From assembly GCA_000708835.1 (NCBI GenBank), contig DF236998.1, forward strand, positions 215,629 to 279,628: DNA of 64,000 nt, read 5' to 3'. Positions 25,298-37,844 of this stretch are shown piece after piece. This stretch comes from Klebsormidium nitens (lineage: Eukaryota > Plantae > Klebsormidiophyceae). The translations under genes and the position numbers were made by a program. The notes below the pieces were generated by a model. That model did no database searches, had not been told where the DNA came from, and was given only the letters and a program-made list of their open reading frames with translations. Position 1 is the stretch's first letter, and each line of letters begins with the position of its first letter.

Positions 25298-28105
25298 CTA
25301 CACGAAGTCTGCCAGACTACTCAACGACCAGTCGATGCGGCTTTTGTGGGCGCTCAAGAACCGAGCGACCTTGTCGGTAAGGCCCAGCTTGACGATGGAG
25401 TCCGCATGGTGCCTCAGGAATCGCTGAAGACATGCGAGCGCGTCCGAATCGAGTTCGTCGAACTGATGGGTTGGCACCTTGGAGAGATTCGGCAGTACGT
25501 CCGCGACGTAGTTAGCGACCCACACTGTGCACAGCAAAAGATCGTCCGCTGACGTCAAGCTAGCTGGAACAGCGCCTGCTTCTGGAGCAAATGCCTAAAC
25601 TGTAGCATCACTTGTCTATCGCACTTGTTTTGTGATGCCTTTGCCCTTGCCTTGTCTGAATGGTTTCGTACTACAGATTGTCGAGAATTGAAGAATATCT
25701 GTCCGGAGCCAGCGGAGCAAGTTGAAGGAGGATGATATGATATGATATGATATGATATGATATGATATGATGGTCATCCACGATGCAGAAAAATCTCGCA
25801 AGCGAAGACCACGACCAGATGAGGATTTGTCAAGTTGACCGGGGTGGATATTTGCAAGAGGCAGGAAAAGCTTTGAAGCGCTCCAAGGCCTTCGGCATTT
25901 GCTCTAGCACAACAGCACCTGTCGACAGTGGGGAGCTCGATGGCCTTCGATACACCCCCTGCAAAAGCGACCACATTTCGAGCACAAGAAGGCCCGGCTC
26001 ACTAGAAGACCTGTTGATAGCAGGAGAACATGCCTGGATTGTTGACGCTTAGGGCATACGCGTATTGCCGCCGGAAAGTCGCTGTGAGCTTGGAGATGCA
26101 TGCAGAACAATTTCCATGGCTGATGCATGTCGCATCCTGCATCAGTAGACAAAGCAGACCCCTGCTGATGTCAGTGAAGACTAGGCGCGCACTTTGACAG
26201 CCGAGCTAACGACAAACTCCATGAAAGACGTTCAATGGCGAAGGACTGAGCCTTTCGTTTGATTGTCAACCGCAAACCTGAGCTTGCCATCCTCGGTTTC
26301 AAACAAGAGTGAAGCAACAGACCCCAGAGCAACGTGCCAAGAAGGGATACAGATTATCCATTCCCATCGCCTCCATCCGACCAAAGTCAACCTTCGCCGG
26401 TGATTCCATCGAAAGGCTAATGAAAAAGATCTTTCACTTGCACCAACCTGCGCCGCCCGAACTTTGGGGCATCATGGTGGCGGTGTGCTCGACAAGGAAT
26501 GAGTTTGCCTTGTGAACGGTCCCGGGAGATATGCACAGCTGGTCAGGGTAGAAAACGTCGCCTGCAAGGCCCATCAGCCTCCGCATAGCCTCCACAGAGT
26601 CTAAGGTGAACTGGTCAGGTGGGACGGCATCGGCTCCAACCTCCAGCCGATACTGTTCGTAGTCCTCTGGTTTCCGCAAATACTTGGCCGCCCATTCTTC
26701 ACCCGAATCCAGCCGTGGCTGACCTGAGAAGACAAAAAGGAGAGAAAGAGAGACTTGCTATATTTGTAGTCTGGTTGTCAGAAAATGGTTGCGGTGAGGT
26801 TTACACCTGATGCCGAATCCAATGTGCACAACCTGCGCAATCATGCATCCGTTGAGAATATCTCCAGGACACTTTCTGCAGCATCATCTTCACAGCCATC
26901 GAGAAAGTTCAAGATCAGTGTCAGCATGCTAGCTCTTCACAGAAAAGTCCAGAGTTCCAAGAAGCTCGAACGAACCATAGGGCAATTTCTGACTGGAGCG
27001 TTTATGAAGCTGCAGCTCACTTGGATAGCTAAAGAAGACAATCTTCTGCCCCTCTTCGAGCGCATCCGCACACGGAATCTTCCACTCTGTCCAGCCTCCG
27101 ATCTTTTCCACGTTTCTCGCTTGGGCATGCGAAAGATCCGGGGATGCTCGAGGGGTGGCAAGAGTGCGGGTTAGAAACGAGGGAACATGGAGCTGTTTGT
27201 CGAGCTTGGCCCGCTCGAGACATGGAGTGACAGGCCAGAGCCGCACAGTCTGCATATGGAGTGGGCCTCGATGCATGGTCCGACACGTACACCAATCTGA
27301 GCTGACTTTTTATTTACAGCATGCCAGCAATTATACACCAAACTGGGTTGTTTTCATTTGTGTTTTTCTGCATATTTGGTTGATGAATAAAGAAAATTTG
27401 ATCCACAAATCCATGCAAAGCTCCAATCATAGTGCGAAGCCCTAGGAAGCAAGTTAACTTAAGGCGTTCACAACCCACCCCGTAGTTGATGCTAGCCAGC
27501 CCAAGGTGGACGATGCTGGATACGCGAAGGTTTCTGCCGTGAATGATATGCGTTGGGAGAAAGAAATCGACAGCGTTGTCTGACCCGTAAGCAGGGGTCA
27601 AGGGGATTATGGTACCTCCACCATCTGAGATTGACTGCCCTATAAGGAGACCACCCATCATCTCCCCATCATACGTGCCCAGCCTTGCAAGAGGAAAAAA
27701 ATCTGCCTCACATTCCGTCATTGAAGCTGGATCAAGGTCTGGAGGAACCACGACGCTCCGACTGCCGTCAAACTTGTACATGCGCTTGAAGCCTGTGTGA
27801 CCGTGCGACGGGCCTACGTAAATTGGCTTTTGCTCATCCAGATTGTGAACATCTTCCTCAACATCAGGACCGGGATCAGTCTCTTGGAAAGCCATCTCTT
27901 CTTGGCTGGACGTTCTTGCTAGGTCCTCTTCTTCGCCGCCCTTCCCGGACATTGTGCGCCTCGTCATTCGTGTGAACCAAGTTTTGACCACCCTGACAGC
28001 TGAGAACAGGGTGTTCCGTACAAACCTAACCAGCTTTTCTTCCCTATCATCTCCCTGGCCGGTGCAACAATGCCTTTCGCTCCTGCTATTGAAGTTACAG
28101 CTCAA
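25298..28105 (-). pseudogene. Possible decayed or unresolved multi-exon trypsin-like serine peptidase gene
   Basis: Protein-like segments in different minus frames occur in trypsin order: GGGTII..FFLPTHII (His region, ~27530), CISPGTV..EHTATMMPQSSGGA (Ser region, ~26460), KLFCMHLQ and YALSVNNPGMFSCYQ. Stops and frame changes could not all be explained by introns. Confidence 0.35.
25734..25771. repeat. (GATAT)7 microsatellite
   Basis: Direct reading of the sequence. Confidence 0.95.
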
Positions 28106-29310
28106 ACCATCTTGCCAATAGGGCGTGCATTTGTGCAGTCAATTGCGGCCTGCCAACTGTAGCTGCTTAGCCGCCTGATACTAGATGTTTCGTTGAAGCT
28201 CAATGCGAGCCGTCTCCTCTAGCTTCTGCTTACCGGCAATCTGCTCCGACGGTCCTCACAGCTTCCCAGTCTTCCCCTCTAAGCTGTATTATTATAAGCT
28301 GCTTGAGCTGAAAGGTGAAGCGGCCGCCGCACAGGGCCGACCGTCGACCTTGAACTTGCCAAGAGGTTCAGGGTTTGAACTTCGTGAGACAGGTGGTGAC
28401 GTCACTGATCGTGCACAGTAGTTATCACGTCTATAACTGGTACATGATGCGCATCATGCTGCCGTTCAAAACCTCGTGCTTCCTACTTCATTGAAGCTTT
28501 TAAACCGTCAGAACTAGGGGATCATTTCAAGGAGTGGTAGTCTGTAGGCCGAAGGACTGAGCACAATGTTCACCTTTCTCAATAATGAAAGATCATGCTG
28601 GCGCAAGCGCAGTGTACTAAGATGCTCAGTGGTATGAAGACATGCCCAGCAGCCACTACCTAGCTAAGTTGAGCGCATGGGCTGGCATGGGCATGTGCAG
28701 CTGCAGTACTGCGGTTTCAACCAACCAATCAGTGATGGTTGTATAGAACGAACATCCCTAATCAAGTCAAAGTGCCGTATCAGCCTGGCATCTAAATATA
28801 TAAGATTTGAATCAAATGCGTGGTAATACAAGCAATCGTATGTGTGTAAGCCCCTATGGTCGGAAAGCTGTCAAGGACATACTAACACACAAACCCGTGC
28901 ACACGTCTGTATTTTGGAAGTGACCGTCCTGCCGTATCTAAGTTGTTTGCTCGCGCTCTGTCTACGTACATGCATCATGTGCCTCAGTGTGTGACCAGAC
29001 TCAGATATTTGAGCAGCTGGCTTAAGCTAAACGACGAGGTGTACGTGCCAAGTATCAAGTCATCTAGCTCACACGAGTTTGGCGGCCAAACCCCGGATAC
29101 CATACTCTGCCATAAAATGCCTCGTACATCTCCGTCACAGAACTCCTTGTGCATAACTTTTCATCGTAGTCTCAAAATACCCATGTCACCACCTCATATA
29201 TGCTCGAAAGATGGATTTCGGATATCTGAAATACGATAAGCATCGCCCCGTTTTTTGATTGATCGAATGACAACACGTCAAGTCCTAATGTGCAACAAGC
29301 ACAGGCGTTC

Positions 29311-32189
29311 TTAAGACGGCGCAGGGTTCTTGATAAACAGAATGTACAGCGCCGTCCCGATGGCGGCAGCAAAAGCAAACATGTCGAACAAGAGCGCAGA
29401 CGTCGACTGCGCCGACAGCTCTACGTTCTTGCCGTCAAAGAAATCCTTGTCGAAGTCCCCGTACTTTATCGGCCGCTGCCCCGGACCGTTCGGGCCCCAT
29501 TGTCCGCGATCGGTCTCGTACGGCCAGATAAAGTCCCCATCGTCTGGCTTCGATTGCACGGCGAGCTGCCAGTCGTACAAACGCCGGCGCGTCTCGTCAC
29601 TCAGAACCTGCTCACAAGAAGAGTTTCAGAATGGAACGAACGATTGCTGTCGTTTTCAATGGGAATTTTGATACCACTCTGAGAAAAAGCCACCACAGCA
29701 TCGCACAAGAAGCTCACATCAGGCTACCGGACTGCTTACAACCCAGACCCCTAAAGCCTTTGCTGATCGTGGATTGTCAACATCAAAACGCCCTCTCATT
29801 CCTGAGGGGAACCTCTTTCAACCTGGTCGACCAACAAACATTCACAATTCATGTAAGCCCGTTGTGAACGCTCTCCCCGAAATCGAAGGCTCTGCCGGAT
29901 CGCGTCAGAACGAAGCGGTCAGCGGCACTGCTCTCACCTCGTACGCCTCTCGTAGCCGGACGAACTTTTCCGCAGCAACGTCTTTGGGCAACGTAGATGT
30001 GTCGGGATGGTATACCGGCGCAAGCTTGCGGAACGCCGCACGGACCGCATCGATGTCCGCAGAGGGGAGAAGACCCAAAAACCTGTAGGCGACGTGAGTC
30101 GGATCAGTGTTGATTCCCGGTAGGCCAACAAGTTCGGATGTGCAATTTCGAGACTTTCTGCAAGGGTTTACTGTAACCAGGGCGGGTTGCGGAAACTGGT
30201 TTGGATGGTCCAGCTTCTTGTTCTGGTGTCACAGCCGTCCTTTGTATTGATAAGCGTGAGTGCCGAGTACACGGACCATTGTCAGAACCTGAATTGACAC
30301 ACCAAGGAATGACGATTGGAGCATGTATAGAGGGATCGGAAGGGAGATGAATGAAGGGTTAAGCAGCTTGCGAAGCACGAAGTAGACAGAAGTACTTTTT
30401 AACAAGATTGTCGAAGGTTGTGCTAGCAGCTAACCCTCTTTGCATCCGAGGATTCAGATAATTGTGAAACAACGTCAGCATGCAGTGATGAACTAGTTCA
30501 AGAGATCGAAAAGTGCAGATCCTAGTCCATATGCGTCAGAGCGACAAACCGACATCTGGGGGCCAAGCAATACTGAAAAGCGTTCAAGCCAAAAGGTCGA
30601 TCAACCGCCGAGGTACATCCACATACCTCACTTTTCATTCCATCTTCACAGAAAGCATCCTCCAATATAGCAGACTAGTCGAGCAGTGCACTTCTGGAAT
30701 CGAGAGAGGAGCTCATAACCACTTCAATGCAGCTTAGACTGTACATTGCCAAGGTAAACAGGCCAGTCCAAAGATGTTTAGCAGGACTTCTAGCAACCAC
30801 AATACCTGTGCTCAAAAGACGCCCTGAAAGTGGTGGGGCTAACCACCAGGTAGTCTGTTGCTCAACCAGCAAACTACCAAGCTTTCACCAATCTCAAGCA
30901 CACCCTTCAACAGGGTTCTACACTGCGGTCCTACAGAAACTGCATTTTGACCATGAAAGTGACCGCTCCCTACGACCTAAATCTGGAAAAGCAGAGTGAG
31001 TAGCAAAAAAGAACAGAGATGCACATTTGTGGCCAAGCCCGCAGATTTTATAAGCGGAGAAAGCGCTTCTTGAAAGTAAGCATACTCTTGCTCACTTGTA
31101 GTGCGTCTCGTTCATGTCAAGGAGCAGGGGGATCAGCTGCGAGTTAATGGGCGACTTGTCGTCCTCTTCGCCCTTCTCCAAGTAGGCACCCCCGACCCAG
31201 CCCTCGTCATCATTGTCCCATTTGATCCTCCTATCCTGCACCAGTATCAAAGGCTATCAGGGGTGATCCTGGATGATGACTTGTGCCAGTGCTGCATGCC
31301 CCGATGGCCTGCAAAGTTGCAGGAGTTACACACTATGCAACTGCGCTGTCCCCTTTCCTATTTGAAACTAAGATGCAAAGAGAGGTCAATTATTGGTCAA
31401 GGGCTTTGATTGAAAAGTTTGAGGTTCAAGACACAGACTCTGAAAACATTTTGAATTTACCCTTGGGCTTTGAGAGTTAAGCTCGACAATGGACGGGAAC
31501 ATCCGAGGGTTGGGGAAGGTGCAAAAAGTCAACAGCATCAAGCTGCTCTCTGAAAGTTTGCCTGTCGGTGACCCTGTGCATGTGATCCTTGTGGAGTTAC
31601 TGTTGCCTGGCCAAATGCGATCAGTAACGTGCCAGAGCATGCGTGGATAGCCATCTCAACCTATTCTGGTCACTTTCTTATCACAGAAAGGTGCCTAAAT
31701 CAAAGTGTTTCTGGTGAACCACCCAGCTATTGGAATTTTTATGTTGTAGTCTGCCTTGTTTTGCATGTTGTCAAACGAACTTCCATTCCTTCCATGGCCT
31801 TGAGGCGCAAATGTAGGCCCGCATCAATAGTCAGCATGTTGATCTCCTTTCAAGGTGGTTCTGTGCAATGTTGTGCAATCACTTATAAAAGCATTGACAC
31901 CGCAATGACGAGTCATCAAGCTTACCTCACAGACAATTGCACCTGTCCGCTGCCGTCTGCTCTCTGCAGATGCATTCGCATGGCTGAGCCTTGCACCAAA
32001 CCAACTCGATTTGCGCAACGAGTATCTCCCCTTTGCGCCATTGGACCTTCTGGTGCAGCGGCAACACGGGCTTCCAATCCTTGGTTCCTTCAGCGGGGCC
32101 GCCCAGGAGCCGCTGATCTTCCGAGCCGCAATGTTGGTTTGGTGAATGCCATGCAGCCGACTCGGTCCCAAAACTTCAACGGCCTCCAT
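29311..32189 (-). CDS. NdhT: Chloroplast J-domain protein, NDH subunit T (CRRJ)-like
   Basis: Exons 32189-31926 (transit-peptide-like), 31235-31096 (DRRIKWDNDDEGWVGG..ETHYK), 30082-29938 (FLGL..YHPDTSTLPKDVAAEKFVRLREAYE) and 29607-29311 (VLSDETRRRLYDWQLA..GKNVELSAQSTSALLFD + TM helix). These match my recollection of Arabidopsis CRRJ (DTRIHWESPDEGWIGG, YHPDTT, GRNMELSDQ). One small exon near 31460-31560 may be missing. Confidence 0.85.
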
Positions 32190-33046
32190 TCCTTAGGCAG
32201 AGTAAAAGTTAGAGGTTCTAACGCTGGAATTTGAAGGTGCGCTGCAATCCGAATAGATCTGCGTGCAGCAGCAATGTGGAAACCCTGCATGTGTGTTGCT
32301 GGCTCATGGAGGCAGCCATAGAGGTCCCTGTGCATCTTAATTGAAAGGGATCTCAATAAATTGACGCAAAGAATTGCATGAACAGGAAGGAACCGTAAGA
32401 ACGTTTTCCGGAACTACCGTTTGCTGGCCTTACATGGAAGCCCTCTAGAGGTAGCTCCCGAATAGCCAAAAAAGCGGTGTCAAGAGTTTAAAGGTTTTGG
32501 CAGACGCTCAGGGAAAGGTCATCAGATGGTCATCTTGTCTCAAATGCCTGCACTGGCAGGCAGGCGGCAGGAAACTTTCCTGGCTAGGAACTGGAATGCC
32601 GCTTGGGGGAGGCGCAGAGATGCATGCTTGTTCAAACAGAGCACATTGAGCCGAACAGCAAAAGAAGAGCTGGCCGGACTGCGGTGGCAGCTTCATCTTT
32701 GCATCAAGAATCCTGAAGTTGTAGATAGCGCTCCTTGAAGATGTTTGGGCTTGGCACCAATGCGGCGAGAAAGTCCAGGTCCTTCATTTCCATTGGTTTT
32801 CCTTTCGGAATGCTTAAGTCTGCAAAGCTGATGGAGCCTTCAGCATTAGTGGTTGCAAGAGGAGGGAGAAACCCCCTGGAAATCTCATCAGCTAGCCTCC
32901 TAGAAAGTAACCTCCCCCTTGGGCAAAAGCAAACAGCTTCTTGATGTCACGCCTCTTCTTGGCTGCGTGCTAGCAAGAGGCTGAAAGCTGGCACAGCTTG
33001 GGAGAATCGATCAACCGATATGGTTCGGGAGAAGTGAGTAACAAGT

Positions 33047-36000
33047 ATGGCCCGGGTCATAGTCCACGTCGACCTGGACGCGTTCTACGCCGCAGTGGAG
33101 CAAGTGCGCCTGGGGCTTCCCCTTGACCAACCACTTGCCGTCCAGCAATGGGAGGGCCTAATTGCGGTCAACTACGCGGCGCGGGCCAAGGGCGTCACCC
33201 GTTTCATGGCAATCGCCGAGGCCAAGCAAAAGTGTCCGGACCTGAGACTGGTGCACGTGGAGGTGATCGGTGGGAGTTCCAAGCGGGAGGAAGGGAAGGT
33301 GTCGCTCGAGCGATACCGCCAGGCTTCAGCCAACATCCTCCCGATCTTTCACCGCTTCTCGCCCCTGTGCGAGAAGGCAAGCATCGATGAGGCCTACCTG
33401 GACTTGACCGCGCAGGTCGAGGCGCTCCTTAACCAGAGCCCCGAGCCTGAAACTGCCCCGGTTTACGATAACCCTGAGACCGCTAGCGCCAGCGAGAAGT
33501 CTGAGCCAATCAGCATGGCAAGTGTACAGAGCCGTTCGGACGTCATCGTTCTGGACGGTCCGTTGGATCCGTCCAATGAGTATGATCGTCGGCTGCTCGC
33601 GGGGGCGACGATCGTGGCGCAGATGAGAGAGGCGGTGTTCCACGAGCTCGGGTACACTTGTTCTGCGGGCATCGCGCCGAATAAGCTATTGGCAAAGCTC
33701 GCATCGGCAATGAACAAGCCGTACAAGCAGACGGTGGTGACGCCACGGGCGATCCCGGGGCTGATGAAAGACTTCCCGATGCGCAAGATCAGGAACCTGG
33801 GGGGGAAGATGGTGAGGGATACTTCGTCTTATCTACATTCCAGTCTTTTTAAACCTCTAAGGTGTTTCAACTTTGTGGTGGTAACCTGGGTCCTTCCTTT
33901 GTCGGAGGGCTTGTAGGTATTTGTGAAGGAGACAGGAGACGTTACAACCGTTTTGATTTACGCGCAGACTTCACCCTGAATATCGCAAAGCACTCTGCCG
34001 AAAAGCCCCATGTCTCTTCATCTTTCTTTCTGGAAGATCGGACAATAAATTAAAAAACCGGGGGTCCAGGTCGACAAGGGGCCGACCTACGACCGATCGC
34101 TAACTCGTTCCGTTCCCTTTCCAATGTTCACACTAGCATCTTTCAAGATACACCTTCATTCTCTTCTTCACCGGACAACGAGCTCTGCGGTTCACGCTCA
34201 CACCAGCATCTCCCATCACATTCAACATCCCTTTCTTCTCTGCAGTGGCAAGGAGCGGACCCACGAAACTCTGCTTGCCAACCCAGTCTATTTTCGTCAC
34301 AACCCTTGCGCAGCACCTTTCAACGTCCGCCTTCCCTCTCTTCTTCACAGGGAAAAGAGCTCTGCGACACGCTTGGGTGCGAAACCGCAGGAGACGTGCA
34401 AAAGATCCCGGAAGCGGTCCTCATCGAGAAGCTGGGCGATAAGATGGGCCCCTGGGTATTTCGGGCGGTCCGGGGGATACACGACGAGCCAGTACAAACG
34501 CGCCAGATCAGCAAGTCGATGCTCGCGGCCAAGTCGTACAGCCTGACCAACAGCATTGAGGACGTCAGGTGGGGGATCTGGATGTCGTGTGATGCTGAAG
34601 TCTTTCGGTAGTGGAGTTCAGGGGCTTTCGATTCTTCGTTTGACGATGATACGTCAGGTGGGGGTTCTGAAGTCCTTATGATGCTGAGGTCTTTAGGTGG
34701 TGGAGTTCGGAGGCTTTTGGGGTTCATTGACTTGACGATGTCGGTTTGGGGTGTGGATAATTTTGGCAAAAACGGCCGGAAGAGTCGGAGAGACGGCAGG
34801 ACTCAGGCGGGGTGTTTCTGAGGATCTGAGGGTCTGGGACTTCTGATCTTGAGTTGAGGGCTCCAGTCGTTCAGGTGATTGCAGCATCGAGGGGGAAGGG
34901 AAGCAAATCCAGAGCGTTGTGCTTTTCGTTTTGAGTCGAGGGTCGTGGTTCTGAAATCTTGGTTTTTCTTAAAGCTGCGGGTGTGATATGCAGCCATGAA
35001 GCTATCTCATGATGCGAGAGTTTCGCGATCTGATGTTGATTTTGATTCCACGCTTTGCTGGTTAGAAGATTTGGAAAGAGACAACAAATCGCTTTGGTTT
35101 TCTTCTGGCCTCGATTGGCTGCGCATTTGTGAGATCTGGTCTGGAGCTTGCTCGACACCCGTGGCCAGGCGGCAGAAGTTGATTTGCAGCTGCAGGTCAC
35201 TCCGAAACCCGTCCTTGAATCGCATCCGCTTCGTTGTTAAGTGTTTCTCTTATCCGTCAATAGTCGCGTGGTTTTGACAGCTGCTGCTATCGTTTGCAAC
35301 AGCCAGGTGAAGAGACGCAGCAGCCGGATCGGATCTGAGCAGGCAGGAAGGGACGCAATCGAAGATGCGATGGAGGAACAGAAAGAGAAAAGTGTAAAGC
35401 CGATTCAGATTCGAACACAGCTGACAGGACAGAGGGATTCCTTGAGGCTGACTCTCCACTGCGCTCTGTGCAGGCATTGGCTGCGTTTGTTGTCGATGGA
35501 GCTGGCGGCGCGCATCGAGTACGACGTTAAGCTGAACAAGCGACGGCCGAAGACCTTTCACCTCTATTATCGGTAAGTGTTGAGCCGAAGCAACTTTGTC
35601 GTTAGGGAGCCTGGAAGCATTCATAGAATCTGGTGACCGATTACCCCTAAGATCTCTGCACCAGCCGATGATGACGGTAACTAGACTAGACGCTGTATCA
35701 AATCAGAGTCCAACGCAACGTCTTCTCTGGTCTTCAATCACAAGCTGGTGCCAAGTTCCCCCTATCTGCCAAGTTGAGTCATAAAGGGAATCGGGATGAT
35801 GCACCAACATAAAACCTCAAAACAAAACTTTGGTGCTCCGCACCACTATCCACCCTAACCCCCACCCTAACCCCGCCCGTCCTTCGGGCACTGACCTATC
35901 TCAACCTTGGCTGTATCTCAACCCGGTTAATGTTGCTCTCGCAGCGGCTTCGACTCCCGTCGTCGCATCCAGGAGCACTCCAAGTCGTGCCCCGTGCCCC

Positions 36001-37844
36001 CCCACATCCTCCAACTGATTCTTCAAATCCACGCCGGCAAAACGCCGAAAAGCCCCGCAAAGTCGCAGGGGGGTGATTTGCCCCCGGCTCCAGGCCCCCC
36101 TCAACTCCCCAGCGTAACATCCCCCCATTTCCCTAGTGAGCGAGCCGCTTCGGGCGGCGAGGTTGGCGCGTCCGGGCGCGATCCGCGCAACGGGGAAGAG
36201 GCACCATTTTCGCGGAAGGATTCCGGCGGAACGGTTCCTGGGGTTGCTGTTGGCGGCGGGGGTGGCGATGTTTCTGCGGGGGGCAGAATGGGCGGTCCAG
36301 GAACAAGTCTCCTTGCTGAGCGAGGCTCGGAGCCTCCAAACGGAAGACGGAACGCCGACCCTACGGCGGAACTCTCGAACGGAACAGCAGCGGAGGCCCC
36401 ACTGCTGCAGTCAAACGCGGGACCTGCCTACCAACTAGAGCGGGAAGAGTCAGCGTGGCGGTCCATTACCGGGCACATAAGACGAGGACCTTGTAGAGGG
36501 TCAGACGCCGACGGCCGCTCCGATCAGGACGCTTTACCGCGGCCGTTTGCGAGCGGCCAAGCAGAGCGGGAGAGTTTATTGCGGCGAGATTCCAGTGGCC
36601 AACTAAAGCGACCATTTTTGGCACACCCAGGAGTTGATGGCCAACTAGAGCGGGAGGGTTTGGCGGGGCCGGAAGCTGGTGCCGCGCTAGAGTATCATTT
36701 GCCGGAAAGCAGCGGCCAACTAGAGCGGAAACTTCCCGAGACCGAGTGGGCGGACGGCGGGCAGAGCATTGCGGACGGGATCGGGGCCGCGCTCGCGAGC
36801 GGAGAACACGCGGGGCCGCTCGCTGAGGCCTTGTATTCGTTTGGTCTGTCAATTTTTGAAAAAGCGGAGCATAACATGCCGTCAACACGGGTCGCGGTGG
36901 CGGCGGGTGACTTTGTGGACTTGCCGGTGAAGGGGGCGCACTCGATCACGAGTTTCTTTCAGGCCGGGGAGGTGAGGGGCGTGGCGGGATCGGGGGGTGC
37001 TGATGGGGATAACGGAAAGGGGGGGGAGAGAATTAACGAGCGCGAAAAGGAGAGGGTGACGCGCTTGAGTGGGGGGAAGCAGAAAAGTCACGGGATCGCC
37101 CGGTTCTTCGGGCAGAAGGGATTTGCCACTGGACACGTGGCAGCACAGTCAGGGGCGGGGAGGGCTCACGGACCTCCGCAAGGGAGTGCCGTTGAGACGG
37201 GAGAGCGTGCTCGAGGGAACGAGCTTTTGGGCCTCGAGAAGAGTCAGCCTGAGAGCCCAGACGTGCACGTGGGTGCTGTGCGTAAAACCCGCGCAGCTAA
37301 CCGGATTGTAGAAGGTTTGGAAGGAAATGGAACGGAGAAGAAGGTACGGGATCGCGTCGCGAGCGACCAAGTCGCGCAGCTGATGGGCAACCGGTCGCTG
37401 GAACCTGAGCAAGAGGGGAAGGAGGTCGATCGAAATCTTGACAAAGCGGGCAGTGACAAAACGGCGTGTGGAGAGCAGGCCGAGCCCCGTACTAGTAACT
37501 CGGCTGTGAGTGCAGATGCGCCCGAGATGCTGACGGGTTTGCAGAGTAGCGTCTTTGGTAAACTAAGCGCAAATGTTGCGGACAGGCTAGAACATGATAG
37601 AAGAAAGTCGGACGCGGGCGCACTGTGTCCGGAATTGTCCGCGGTAGACGTCCGTCAGCAGCAGCGGCTGATGGCGGACTTTGAGAGGCAGAAGCGGTTC
37701 GCCGCACTTGTAAAGAAACGGGAGTCGGAAGCGGGAGGCAGGGGGGGTGCGTCCCACGGCAAAAAGGGGGGCCAGAAGAGGAAAGAGCGCTCTCAGGAGG
37801 GGGCCGAAGGGCAGCAGAGAATCTCGTCATTTCTCAAGCATTAG
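33047..37844 (+). CDS. POLH: Y-family DNA polymerase eta (Rad30-like), 4 exons, long disordered C-terminus
   Basis: Exons 33047-33811, 34351-34568, 35474-35572 and 35945-37844, all in phase. Catalytic motifs HVDLDAFYAAVE, IAVNYAAR, ASIDEAYLD, SAGIAPNKLLAK, IRNLGGK and KSMLAAKS. Confidence 0.93.
34153..34373 (+). repeat. Degenerate upstream copies of the POLH exon-2 acceptor
   Basis: ccttcattctcttcttcaccggacaacgagctctgcgg (34153-34190) versus real ccttccctctcttcttcacag|ggaaaagagctctgcg (34330-34366). A more diverged copy lies near 34230-34262. Confidence 0.7.
34554..34755 (+). repeat. ~89-bp tandem duplication of the POLH exon-2 donor
   Basis: acgtcag|gtggggg..tgatgctga(a/g)gtcttt..gtggagttc occurs at the real donor (34568/9) and again at 34657/8. 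A partial third copy lies near 34735-34755. Confidence 0.85.
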
